From: Squalus acanthias
Taxonomy: Eukaryota
Length of the DNA stretch: 64,000 bases
Reading direction: 5' to 3'
Assembly: GCA_030390025.1 (NCBI GenBank)
Contig: CM059441.1
Span: 52,080,001 to 52,144,000 of the forward strand
Numbering within the stretch: position 1 is the stretch's first letter; each line of letters starts with the position of its first letter. Positions 24,838 through 36,151 of the stretch are shown here, piece by piece. The position numbers and the translations under genes were made by a program. The notes beneath the pieces were generated by a model. That model was given only the letters and a program-made list of their open reading frames with translations. It did not search any database and was not told where the DNA came from.

Positions 24838-26050
24838 ACTAAGTTAGGAGGGACAGTAAGTAGGGCAGATGGGAGCAGGAAGTTGCAGAGGGACACAGAC
24901 AGGTTAAGTGAGTGGGCAAAAACTGTGGCAAATGGAGTTCAATGTGGGCTAGTGGACCCAAGACAGATAACTCAGAGTATTTTCTAAATGGTGAGAAATT
25001 AGGAACTGTGGAGGAGGCGAGAGATTTGGGAGTCCAAGTACATAAATCATTCAAAGCCGGTACACAGGTACAAAAAGCAATCAAAAGGCTAATGGCATGT
25101 TGGCCTTTATCTCAAGGTGGCTGATATACAAAGGGAAGGAAGTTATGATTGAGGTGTACAGAGCTTTAGTCAGATCCCATCTGGAGCACTGCGTTCAGCT
25201 CTAGGCACCCCACCTCAGGAAGGAGATATTGGTCTTGGAGGAGGTGTAGCGCAGATTCACCATATTGATACCGGGGCTAAGGGAGGGGCTGAGGGAGTTA
25301 ATTTATGAGGAGAGGTTGCATAAACTTGACTTGCATTACCTTGAGTGTAGAAGATGGCGGGGTGATCTGATGGAGATGTGTACAGGATTTGATCGGGCAG
25401 ATATGGAGGAACCATTTTCTCCAGTGGGTGAATCAAGAACAAGGGGACATAATCTTAAAATTACAGCTCGCCCATTCAGGAGCGAAATCAGAAAGTACTT
25501 CTTCACACATACAAAGGGAGTAGAAATCTGGAACTCTCTCTCCCACTCCCACCCCGCAAAAGGCTATGGATGCTGTGGTCAATTGGAGCTTTCAAGACTG
25601 AGATCGGTAGATCTTGTTCGGTAAAGCTATCGAGGGATATGGAGCAAAGGCGGTTAAATGGAATTGAGGTGCGGATCAGCCATGGGTACGGTAGTATAGA
25701 CTAGTAATCCAGAGACGTGAGTTTAACTCCCACCACGGCAGCTGGGGAATTTAAATTCAGTTAATTAAATACATTTGAAATAAAGAAAAAGTTAGTATCA
25801 GTAATGGTGACCATGAAACCACCGACAGTTGTAAAAACCCATCTGGTTCACTAATGTCCTTTAGGGAAGGAAATCTGCTGTCCTTACCCGGTCTGGCCAA
25901 TATGTGACTCCAGACCCGCAGCAATGTGGTTGACTCTTAACAGCCCTCTGAAATGGCCCAGCGAGACACTCAGTTGTAACAAACCGCTACAATCGATTTG
26001 AATGTTGGAGTAGGCTCGAGGGGCTGAATGGCCTCCTGCTGTTACTTCTG
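24838..26050 (+). mobile_element. Degenerate CR1 3' fragment (SINE inserted in its tail)
   Basis: YFLNGEKL..RDLGVQVH, MIPGL..YEERL..RGDL..SRTRGH motifs. Confidence 0.85.
25684..25992 (+). mobile_element. tRNA-headed SINE family B, partial
   Basis: Shares the GGTTCACTAATGTCCTTTAGGGAAGGAAATCTG core with 46465-46950. Confidence 0.8.
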
Positions 26051-26289
26051 AAATGTTTTGTACTAACTGTCATCAGCGGGGTAATAATTAATCCACTTGT
26101 CTCCCATCATGTGGTCTGGTTAGTTTTTGTTTAAAGTTAACTTGTGTTTTCATTCGGTTCAGGCTGCTTCACAAGATATGCCACCCCATAGTTTATCGGT
26201 ATATTTGCATTGACATATAATCTGTGGGATGGAGTGGGTGGCGGGGTATTCATTATGTTGCAGCAGTTGATACTACCATGCAGTATAAT

Positions 26290-27534
26290 TTAGTGACTAC
26301 AATTGGATACCTGTGTGCAATTAATTATTGGGAAGACCAAAACCCCCGCCACAAACTCCGTTCCCCAGCCACTGCTTCCTTCCCCCGCCCTGATCACTGT
26401 CTTGAGGCTGAACCAGCTTGTTTGCATCCTCGGCGTCTTAATTGATCATTGGCTGACATTTTGACTCGATATGCTCTCCATCACCAAGGCCATCTACATC
26501 CACCTGTGTAACATCGCCCGTCTCCACCCCTGCCTCAGCTCATCTGCTGCTGAAACCCTCATCCATGCCTTTGTTACCTCCAGACACGACTATTCTAACG
26601 CTCTCCTGGCCGGCCTCCCATCTTCCACCCTCTGTAAACTTCAGCTCATCCAAAACTCTGCTGCCCCGTGTCCTAACTTGCACCAAGTCCCGTTCACCAA
26701 TCACCAATCGCTGACCGACACTGGCTCCCAGTCCAGCAACGCCTCAATTTTTAAATCCTTGTGTTCAAATCCCTCCATGGCCTCACCCCTCCCCATCTCT
26801 GCAACCTCCTCCATGGCCTCGCCCCTCCCGATCTCTGCAACCTCCTCCAATCCCTCCATGGCCTCGCCTCTCCCGATCTCTGCAACCTCCTCCAATCCCT
26901 CCATGGCCTCGCCCCTCCCGATCTCTGCAACCTCCTCCAATCCCTCCATGGCCTCGCCCCTCCCGATCTCTGCAACCTCCTCCAATCCCTCCATGGCCTC
27001 GCCCCTCCCGATCTCTGCAACCTCCTCCAATCCCTCCATGGCCTCGCCCCTCCCGATCTCTGCAACCTCCTCCAATCCCTCCATGGCCTCGCCCCTCCCG
27101 ATCTCTGTAACCTCCTCCAATCCCTCCATGGCCTCGCCCCTCCCGATCTCTGCAACCTCCTCCAATCCCTCCATGGCCTCGCCCCTCCCGATCTCTGCAA
27201 CCTCCTCCAATCCCTCCATGGCCTCGCCCCTCCCGATCTCTGCAACCTCCTCCAATTCCACAACCCTCAGAGAGCTCTGCGTTCTCCGATTACCTTCACT
27301 CCACCATTGGTGGCTGTGCCTTCTGTTGCCTCGGCCCTAAGCTCTGGAATTCCCTCCCTAAACCTCTCTGCCTCGCTCCCTCTCTTTCCTCCTAAAACCC
27401 ACATCTTTGACCGAGCTGTTGGTCACCTGCCCTAATTTGTCCTTATGTGGCTCGGTGTCAAATTTTGTTTGATAATCGCTCCTGTGAAGCGCCTTGGGAC
27501 GTTAAAGGCGCCATATAAATACAAGTTGTTGTTG
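26290..27534 (+). mobile_element. L2 LINE 3' fragment containing an internal minisatellite
   Basis: AAETLIHAFVTSRHDYSNALLAGLP..LQLIQNSAA; (GTT)n tail. Confidence 0.9.
26768..27256. repeat. Minisatellite, 11 x 45 bp (one 36-bp unit), derived from L2 coding sequence
   Basis: Unit CCCTCCATGGCCTCGCCCCTCCCGATCTCTGCAACCTCCTCCAAT; 15-aa period in the ORF track. Confidence 0.95.
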
Positions 27535-27621
27535 CAGACTCAAAAATAAACGTTAAAATAGGTGGTGTTCGGCCTTTTTAAATTTTGTTTTCGAAAATGG
27601 CTCTAGATTTTTGTCTTGCTA

Positions 27622-27740
27622 TCACTTGAAGTGCTGTAACCTACAGGGCTACGGACCAAGAGCTGGAAAGTGGGATTAGGCTGGAGAGCTCTTTGTCGGC
27701 CGGCACTGACACGATGGGCCGAATGGCTGCTTTCTGTGCC
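27622..27740 (+). mobile_element. CR1 3' tail fragment
   Basis: Matches 14602-14725 (CACTTGAAGTGC..GCTACGGACCAAGAGCTGGAAAGTGGGATTAGG). Confidence 0.8.
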
Positions 27741-28199
27741 GTACATTTCTCTGATTCTGTGAGGGGAGGAGCCATCCAGGGATGGATCCTTCTGTTTTTT
27801 AACTTTGAAATCAGGTTCTAGCCTCCGTTGTTAGTGATGCAGTTATTGTTGCTGGAGGTTTGAGCTTTGCTTCAGGTTATGTTTATGATACTTAGAGTGG
27901 AAGGAAAATCTGGGGAGTACATTTTGATCGAAGTATTTCCCCATTTTAAATAAGAATTTGTTTTGACAATTGAATGAAAACATATTTTGCCACCTGCCGA
28001 TTCTCGAATGTGATCTCCCATCCTGATGGACAACTCCAGTATTGACTGTTGAACATCCCAAGTGGAAAAAAGTGTTAATTCTGACGCTTTCTGACCCTGG
28101 GATACCATCTGCACAGCTGCAACCATTTCATCCAGCTTGCTGGGATTTTTTTTTACAGGGGCCTGTAAAACTTGATGCCAGCTCTTCTAAACTCCATAA

Positions 28200-28645
28200 G
28201 AAAGCAAGACTTACATTTCTATAGCGCCTTTCACGACCACTGGACGTCTCCAAGCGCTTTACAGTCAAAGAAGTATTTTTTGACGTGTAGTCACTTATAA
28301 TGTGGGAAACGTGGCAGCCAGTTTGCGCACAGGAAGCTCCCACTATGATAATGTGATAATGACCAGATTATCTGTTTTAGTGATAAATACTGGCCCGGAC
28401 TCCGGGGATAACTCCCCTGCTCTTCTTCAAAATAGTGCCATAGGATCTGTTACCCCCAGCTGAGAGAGCAGACGGGGCCTTGGTTTAATGTGTCATCTGA
28501 AAGACGGCACCTCTGACAGTGCCGCGCTCCCTCAGCACTGCACTGGAGTGTCAGCCTAGATTTTTGTGCTCAAGTCCCTGGAGTGGGACTCGACCCCACA
28601 ACCTTCTGACTGAGAGGAGAGGGTGCTGCCCACTGAGCCACGGCT
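28200..28645 (-). mobile_element. Deu-domain tRNA SINE (SacSINE1-like)
   Basis: tRNA-like head (GGTTCAAGTCCC-type B box), Deu-domain core and L2-like tail; repeated about 10 times in the window. Confidence 0.85.
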
Positions 28646-29186
28646 TTTTGAAATGCACAACCCTTGCTGAGATCAACAAGCTCAGCCCTGAAAGGGGATT
28701 GAAACTTGAACTCACCTTACCCAAGTGGCCGTTAGTCACATATGAGCTTTGACGCTGAGTAAAAGAATGGCGGCTTCACCGAGCGACGTTGCGGCCAAGC
28801 CTGGGACTGGCCCCGTCCAGCATCCACGCACACGCACTTGGAGTAGGGGCTGCCGGATAGAAAATGGGAAAGGAAACCTTGGGTTGTTTCTCAACCTCCC
28901 CCACCCCGCCCCGCACCACACCACACCCCTTTAACCTCCAAGCCTAGGGACGCTGAGACTAACTGTGGTGCCCGACTGCCAACTGGACTGAGTTCAGCGC
29001 AAGCAGCAGAGACAATCGGACAGTTTTCATGGTCATTTTCGCTGGTGCCAGCCCACAAGTTACCAAATTGATCAACAAGTCCTCACAGTGATTCTTGGCA
29101 GAGCATGCGATCCTAAAGGGCAGCAAAGCTGAGCCCAATCCTATCTTCACCTGACAGACAACCTCTCTTTGCTTTAATGCTTCATT

Positions 29187-29660
29187 GGTGCCATCACCAA
29201 TTAGGACGAAGCAAAGGGGCACAACCAATAAAACTGTAACTTAAACAAAAATTAAAGGCAATTCAATCAAAGTTCTGTTCTGGGGGCTGATGAAGCACTC
29301 CAGGCCTCAAGCGTGCCAGCGCTCCATCTTCAGAGACACCCGGGCGCGAAGGTAGCCGCGGAAAAGAGGCAGGCAGTCGAGCCGAACGACCCCCTTGACT
29401 GCCCTCCTGCCTGGACCTGTTCATGGCCACCTTGGCCAGGCCCAGGAGCAGTCCTACGAGCAGGTCCTCTGACCTGCCCGCTCCCCTCCACACCGGGTGG
29501 CCGTAGATCAGGAGCTTGGGACTGAAGTGTAACCAAAAATTGAGGAGCAGCCCCTTCAAATAGTGGAAGAGGGGCTGCAACCTCTCACACTCAGTGTATA
29601 CGTGGAACACGGACTCCTCCAGGCCGCAGCAAATGCAGGTGGCCTGGGAGTCTGTGAAAC
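29187..29660 (-). mobile_element. Tx1/L1-group LINE 3' fragment (C-terminal zinc-finger region)
   Basis: ACICCGLEESVFHVYTECERLQPLFHYLKGLLLNFWLHFSP..LLGLAK; related copy at 42049-42495. Confidence 0.75.
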
Positions 29661-29814
29661 ACGTGCTTCCAGAGCAAGGGTTACTGAATATTAATCAGGC
29701 ACCAGAGCGCTTGCCAACTTTCCCCTCCCTAATCCGAGGCCAATTGTGGCACCAGTACTCCCACCCTGGCTGTAAGCCGCTAATTGAACACAACCTGGGC
29801 CTTCCTACTCTATA

Positions 29815-30152
29815 GGTGTCAGCTCAGTGGGTCGCACTCTCGCCTCTGAGTCAGAAGGTTGTGGGTTCAAGTCCCACTCCAGAGACTTGAGCACAGATGT
29901 CTAGGCTGACACTCCAGTGCAGTGCTGAGGGAGTGCTGCACTGTCGGAGGCCCCGTCTGCTCTCTCAGGTGGACATATAGGATCCCATGGCACTATTTTC
30001 AGCAAGTGCAGGGGAGTTCTTCCCAGTGTCCTGGCCAATATTTATCCCTCAGACAACATTCACTCAAAAACAGATTACCTGATCATTATCACATTGCTGT
30101 TCGTGGGAGCTTGCTGTGCGCAAGTTGGCTGCCGCGTTTCCCACAGTATAAC
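29815..30152 (+). mobile_element. Deu-domain SINE, internally deleted and 3'-truncated
   Basis: Same head and core as the other copies. Confidence 0.85.
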
Positions 30153-31169
30153 CAATGAAGTGTAATTTTGAAAAGCTCAGTTACCCACTGAATCAACTTG
30201 TCGAGCAATGTGTGAGCTTCCAGTCTGACCCAGTTGATTTATGGATTGATAAATCAGACACCAGCCGAGAGGCAGGAAAGCTCAGTGTGTGCCTGCAAAT
30301 GCAATGCAATGAAATGCAATGCACTCTTGTATCATCACAGCAAACCCTTGTGCTTTGTACAAATGTTTCAACATCTTGTGAATCTGATCCTTTGCAACGT
30401 GGTGACCCAGTTAATTGAAGCTGTGGTCCCACTCCTTCAGAAAATCGCTTGGATGTATTTAGGGTAATGCGATGCCGGGCTTGAATGTCTTTCAGGCCAG
30501 TTGTAAAGTACGTAAGGACAGTCAAGGGTCGTGTGTGTGCTCTGCCAGAGGGCAACACTTCACTGCCAGGAGTATAAACTTGAGAAAATTCCCCTCATTT
30601 GGAAAAACTGGGAACACACAGCAGGTCCATCAGCCTATGAAACAGAAAGAAAGGTTTGGGGGTAAAAATTCAGTTGGTTGCGCCTCCCGTTAGCGCCTTA
30701 AGAGGGCGCTAATGGGGCGCAAAGCCGCTAGCGCCCGGGCGCAGCGATGTTTGCGCCGCTCGGGAACTTAACTAGACATTGTGCGGCGGCGCTAAACCTT
30801 ACCGCCGCGACCACCTGCGCGCGCAGATTGTGACGTCATTCCATGGTGCAACGCCCTTGTGGCGCCCCGGAGCGGAAATTGAGTGGCGCCCCCTGCCTTA
30901 CCGCCTGGCGCATCCAACGACCGGAAGACTGGAACGCTATCAATCGCTGTGGGGCTGGGGGGGGCGCTATTTAAAGGGGGCCTCTTCCTGTCTTTTTCTG
31001 TGGTTGACATTTTTGCACCACTCGTTCTGAGAGAGAGAGAGAGATTCGGAGAGAGAGAAAGAGAGACTTCTGCATTGAGTCAACGCTTTGTGAGGTAGTT
31101 TTGCCTACTGATCCTAACTTCGCTGGTACTTTGGTTGCTGTCCTTCATAACTTTGCTTGCAAAGAGACT

Positions 31170-32330
31170 ATGGGGGCTGCACTGATTGGGGGCGTCGTCC
31201 TGCTCCAGCTGAATCGGAGGACACAGAGACGCAGAGAGAGAGTGGCAATGATGGCCAGACGGAGGAGGGCCAACAGGCGTATGTACAGGAGAGCTTACCC
31301 TCCCAGGGTATATCGTGAACAGCTCTCCTACATTCATATGTCTGAGGAGCTGTGTTTGCGAAGGCTGCGATTCAGCAAGGAGGTGGTCACTGAGCTCTGC
31401 CACCTGCTGCAGCCAGATCTGCAGCCTCAACTGAGGTCCAGGATGTCTCTGTCGGTGGCAGTGAAGGTCACAGTGGCTCTCAACTTCTATGCTACTGGCT
31501 CATTTCAAGCTGCTGCTGGGGACCTCGCCAATATCTCTCAGTTCGCGGTGCATTGCTGCATCCGGCAGGTCACAAATGCCCTCTTTAAAAGGAGACGAGA
31601 GTTCATCTCTTTCCCCATGACCCCAGACAAGCAGCGTGACCGCGCTCTGGGCTTTGCGAGGATAGCGGGCTTCCCCATGGTGCAGGGCGCCATTGACTGC
31701 ACGCATGTGGCTTTGCGTGCTCCACATGAGAATGCCGAGGAATTCCGGAACAGAAAGGGGTTCCATTCCTTGAATGTTCAGTTGGTCTGTGACCACAGAC
31801 AGCTGATACTCGCTGTCAATGCCCACTATCCTGGCAGCTGCCACGATGCTTTCATCCTGCGCCAGACTACTGTGGCAGAACTTTTCGAGGCACCGCATCA
31901 GCCAGTTGGTTGGCTTCTCGGGGACAAGGGGTATCCATTGAGCACCTGGCTGATGACACCACTCCGTACGCCCAACACCCCTGCTGAGCTGCGGTACAAC
32001 GAGAGCCATCAAGCTACCAGGAACATCATTGAGCGCACAATCGGTGTGCTGAAGCAACGGTTCCGCTGTCTCGACCATTCTAGAGGAGCCCTGCAGTACT
32101 CGCCTGAGCGAGTATCCAACTTCGTAGTTGTGTGCTGCATGTTGCATAACATGGCAATCGTCAGGACCCAGCCAATGCCATCAGACCTTGGAGCACCACC
32201 AGAGGAGGAGGAGGAAGAGGAGGAAGAGGACGAGGAGGATGATCATCAGCAGCACCAAGGCGGGAGGGCGGCCCACAATGGTGAAACTGCAAGGGCCGTC
32301 CGTCAACGGCTGATAGCAAGCCGCTTCTAG
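31170..32330 (+). CDS. Harbinger DDE transposase (HARBI1/DDE_Tnp_4 family), intact ORF of 386 aa from the first ATG
   Basis: GAIDCTHV, NRKGFHSLNVQLVCD, PGSCHDAFIL, LLGDKGYPL, RNIIERTIGVLKQRFRCL; all three acidic catalytic positions present. Confidence 0.95.
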   Translation: MGAALIGGVVLLQLNRRTQRRRERVAMMARRRRANRRMYRRAYPPRVYREQLSYIHMSEELCLRRLRFSKEVVTELCHLLQPDLQPQLRSRMSLSVAVKVTVALNFYATGSFQAAAGDLANISQFAVHCCIRQVTNALFKRRREFISFPMTPDKQRDRALGFARIAGFPMVQGAIDCTHVALRAPHENAEEFRNRKGFHSLNVQLVCDHRQLILAVNAHYPGSCHDAFILRQTTVAELFEAPHQPVGWLLGDKGYPLSTWLMTPLRTPNTPAELRYNESHQATRNIIERTIGVLKQRFRCLDHSRGALQYSPERVSNFVVVCCMLHNMAIVRTQPMPSDLGAPPEEEEEEEEEDEEDDHQQHQGGRAAHNGETARAVRQRLIASRF

Positions 32331-32642
32331 GGCCCCTGCTGTGGAAATGGCTTCTGCCATTGCTAACAACATCAATGAACCCAGCACGCAACCCCTAAGC
32401 CGGCCAAGGCACCAATGATTCCAAACACCAAACATGTATATTTTGAATACAAAAACTTATTTATTTTACAAACTCTGTGTGTGTCATTTCCTCATGACAA
32501 ACTCATAGAAATAAACACAAAAAAACAGTCATTAACATAACTGGTTCTCACAACCTGGAGATAATGTCCAAAACACTAAACAAAAGTTGGACCACGAACC
32601 TCGGCCTTTAATAAAAAAATGACCAGCATTTTGTCACGCCTC

Positions 32643-34732
32643 CTACTTTTTGCCCTTCGAGGGTGATCTCTTTCCCTTGCGCACTTCCCCCCTTCTAACC
32701 CTACTGCTCCTCCGTAATGGGACCTCAGTGGCTGCAGCAAGGCTGGTGGAAGGCTGCTGATCGTCAGACCCTGACACTGCAGATGCCCCTGAAGGACGGC
32801 CTCGACCAGTTCTGGGCCTGGAGGGCCCGGCTGCAGACTGCACCAACTCTGCATGGGCGGCAGCAGTCTGTCCTACAGGCGGTGGCAAGTGCAGTGGAGA
32901 AGTGACAGTGTTGGCAGCAGGAATGCTGTCATCGTGAGAGAGGACAGCAACTCCCTGCTCGCCCGACACACTGGCACTCCCACGGGGCAGCACTTCAGCA
33001 TCCGGAACAATCTGCTGGAGCACAGATTGCTGGCCTGCTGCGGCGCGGTGAGAGCCCCGGGGACATGTGAACGAACCATCGAGGTTGGCAGCAGTCAGTG
33101 CTCACGTGGCCTCAATCTGAGTCTGCATGAGAGCAGTCAGAGATGGGATCACGGCAGTCAGTGACTGAATTGCAGCACTAAGCTTTAGTGTGGCATCCGC
33201 CTGTGCTACAGCGAAGTGCTCCACACTCCTTGCCAGTGACTCAATGCATTCGGGCACCCTTCCCACTGCACCCATGAGCTCAGTGTGCATGCCCACCGCC
33301 TGGGTGTTCATTTCTGCGATCAGCCGCTCCTCCTCTGCGTCCATTGCAGTAGGAGTCGCTGGCATACCCTCCCTCTGGGGAGAAGGCCCCCGTTCTTCCC
33401 TACCCCCATGCCGTTGCTGCAGCCCGCTGGGTCCTGGAGCTTCACCCTCATCAGACCCTTCCCCCCTGCTCCCCTCCAGGGAAGGCGTGTTCCCAGTGTC
33501 GGCATGGGCTTCCTCGAGAGAGGGTGGCACTGATGCTCTGGCTTCCTCTTCCTCCTCGGCTGCAGCTTCACTCCCACTGGCAGCTTCAGGGCCCGTCTCC
33601 TCAGCTGGTGAATCACCATCTGAAAGCAGGGAGGTACAAGAGTGGCTTTAGCGTGAGGACAGGGTGGCAGTAAGGGAGGAATAAGTGCAGCGAGTTAACA
33701 AGTTGGATTGAAAGTGTCAAAGGCTGGTGTTGTGAGGGACAAGTGGAAGGACAGAGGACAAAAAGGTGATGACCTTACCATTGCTGTCCAGAACGGGGTC
33801 GGCGTCTCCAGTGGCGACGGGACCGATCACCCGGCTTGCCACAATCCTGTGGACGCGCTCCTCCAGATCGCTGAGGGGTTGCAGCTGAGGCCGCCCTCCA
33901 CCTGTCCGTTGCTGCTGTCTCCTATTATGCGCCAGCTTGGCCTGCAAGAAAAAGGACAGCATCTGAGTAAATATACAGCCATGGTCTTGCCTGATGTGCC
34001 TCCCATAGGTGAATAGCCCTTACTGTATACAGCCATGGTCTTGCCTGATGTGCCTCCCATAGGTGAATAGCCCTTACTGTATACAGCCATGGTCTTGCCT
34101 GATGTGCCTCCCATAGGTGAATATCCCTTACTGTATACAGCCATGGTCTTGCCTGATGTGCCTCCCATAGGTGAATAGCCCTTACTGTATGCAGCCATGG
34201 TCTTGCCTGATGTGCCTCCCATAGGTGAATAGCCCTTACTGTATACAGCCATGGTCTTGCCTGATGTGCCTCCCATAGGTGAATAGCCCTTACTGTATGC
34301 AGCCATGGTCTTGCCTGATGTGCCTCCCATAGGTGAATAGCCCTTACTGTATGCAAAGTGTGGAATGTGTGTGTGTGTTTCATGAAAGGGCCATAGGTGT
34401 TGGATGAGTGTTGTGCATTGGGGTTTTAAGACCCTCTGGCCATAGAGTGAGGTTGAGATGGAGGGATGGAGAGGTATTGAAAAAAAGCCACTCACCCTGA
34501 CGACCTGAGTGAGGTCGTTGAACTTTTTGCGGCATTGAACATGGGTCCTGGGCACCATGCTCCTGGAGGAGACGCTCTGAGCCACCTCCCTCCACACTCT
34601 TCTGTACTCGCGTGGCAAAGGCCTCCTGCCACTCTCAGGGAAGAGCATACATCTTCTGCGCTCCACCGCGCCAACCAGAGCATCCAAGGCCTGCTCGGTG
34701 AAGCGCTGAGCTCGTTCTCTCACCCTCTCCAT
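32643..34732 (-). pseudogene. Harbinger Myb/SANT-like DNA-binding gene, 3 exons (34732-34496, 33941-33779, 33619-32643), with one in-frame TGA at 33104-33102
   Basis: Exon 1 RAQRFTEQALDALV..WREVAQSVS..RTHVQCRKKFNDL; exon 2 RTGGG; GT-AG junctions in compatible phases (0, 1); the frame continues past the TGA to a basic C-terminus. Confidence 0.85.
33972..34353. repeat. Minisatellite, 7 x 54 bp, in intron 1 of the Harbinger Myb-like gene
   Basis: Unit TACAGCCATGGTCTTGCCTGATGTGCCTCCCATAGGTGAATAGCCCTTACTGTA; copies near-identical. Confidence 0.95.
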
Positions 34733-35544
34733 CCTTGGCAGCAAAATGGATTCACAGGTCTCTCCAGGCCGAGATTCAAGGCTGCAATGAGCAGGGTGTG
34801 GCTGGGGAGCAAGTTGGCCCCCCCCCGCTTTAAGAACTGGCCGGCGCCAGTGTGTCTGTGTTCCCTCGCTAACTGGCAGCACCTGCGCTGCGCTCGCGCG
34901 CTGAGTTAGCGCCTCACTGCTCGGCCTTTGCGCCTTAAGACAGGTGTGCAGCGCCTGATTTAGCGCTCCACTCACCTCCCGGGGCGGTAAAAGTGAAGTT
35001 TCCAGTCAGTGGCGATAATTAGCGCCAGGCGCTAATATTTGCGTCCAGACGATATTTGCGCCCCAAACGGGGCGCGACCTAATTTTTCCCCCTTGGGGTT
35101 TAACCCTTCATCAGGACCTGCAAAGTTCACCAGTGGAAGTTTCAGGTCGAGTTCATTCCCTCCCCAAAGCAGCAAGCTCACTTCTGTTCTCACTGAGTAA
35201 ATGAATAACTTAAGCAACACAGAATAACCAAATTAAAATGACTTTGTTCTTTCTACCATTCCCTTGTAATAGATCTCTTGTCAGACGTGCTGTATCGGAG
35301 TCGAGGGTGTGAGCAGGAACCTGCTCCCAGGTCTTTGGCCATTCCTCTGGGATGGCAGGGGCTGTTAATACACTGGTTTGTTTCATTTCCCCTCTCTCTC
35401 CCTGCAGAAAAGTGACTATTCACCAGCTGCTGAATCCAGTGAGTGGAGCCAAGATTGGGAACTTGCCTCACGGGGAAGTGCATCCTGCGAGCTTCGTGGC
35501 ACCAAATTACTGTGTTTTGATTAAATATTTAGGAGGGGAATCAC

Positions 35545-35885
35545 TCAACAATAAGGACTTGCATTTCTATAGCACCTTTAATGTAGTAAAATGTCCCACG
35601 GCCCTTCACTGGAGTGTAAACAGACAAAAATTGACACCGAGCCAAAGAAATAGACATTAGGACAGGTGAGCAAATGCTTGGTCAAAGAGGTAGGTTTTAA
35701 TCCGTGTCTTAAAGGAGGAGTGAGGTCGAGAGGCGAAGAGGTTTGGGGAGGGAATCCCAGAGCTGTGGGCCTACACAGCTGAAGGCACGGTGGGGCGAAG
35801 GGAGTGGGGGATGGTGTCCAGAACTGGAGGAACACAGAGTTGTTGAAGGGTTGTAGGGCTGGAGGAGGTTCCAGAGCTAGGGAGA
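35545..35885 (-). mobile_element. L2 3' tail fragment
   Basis: Matches the 3' end of 18905-19632. Confidence 0.8.
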
Positions 35886-36151
35886 TGGATGCACTGCATG
35901 GTGTGGTCTGAAGCCACTGAGCCCAGCAGGATTCCAGATTGAGTTGCTGGCCTGTGTTGAGGTCGCCAATCTCAGCTAGGGTGCTACAATAGGCTGGATG
36001 CTGCAGAGTTAGGGATAGGAAAAAAACAGCCAGTTTCCACTCCTAATTATTATCCAGTAACCCCCGCCCCCCCACCCCCAAGAATACTGACCTTTATATA
36101 ATGCCTTCTGTCAAAATGTCTCAGAGTGCTTCACATAATGAGTTGTTTTTG

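Larger units (their letters stand above)
30659..35092. mobile_element. Full-length PIF/Harbinger DNA transposon (4434 bp) with two convergent genes
   Basis: TIRs GGGGTAAAAATT and AATTTTTCCCCC (11/12); TSD TTG at 30656-30658 and 35093-35095; the rejoined flanks resemble a degenerate Penelope-terminal repeat; GC-rich subterminal repeats. Confidence 0.92.

Noticed and set aside
26471-27435. Mucin-like or repeat-protein ORFs
   Set aside because: They are products of the 45-bp minisatellite within an L2 relic.
31170-32330. Domesticated host HARBI1 gene
   Set aside because: It is enclosed by TIRs and a TSD with a Myb partner and is inserted into another repeat, so it is a transposon copy.
33827-34975. 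382-aa ORF as a single-exon repeat protein
   Set aside because: It is Myb exon 1 plus read-through of a GT-AG intron; the spliced model fits the conserved RTGGG exon better.
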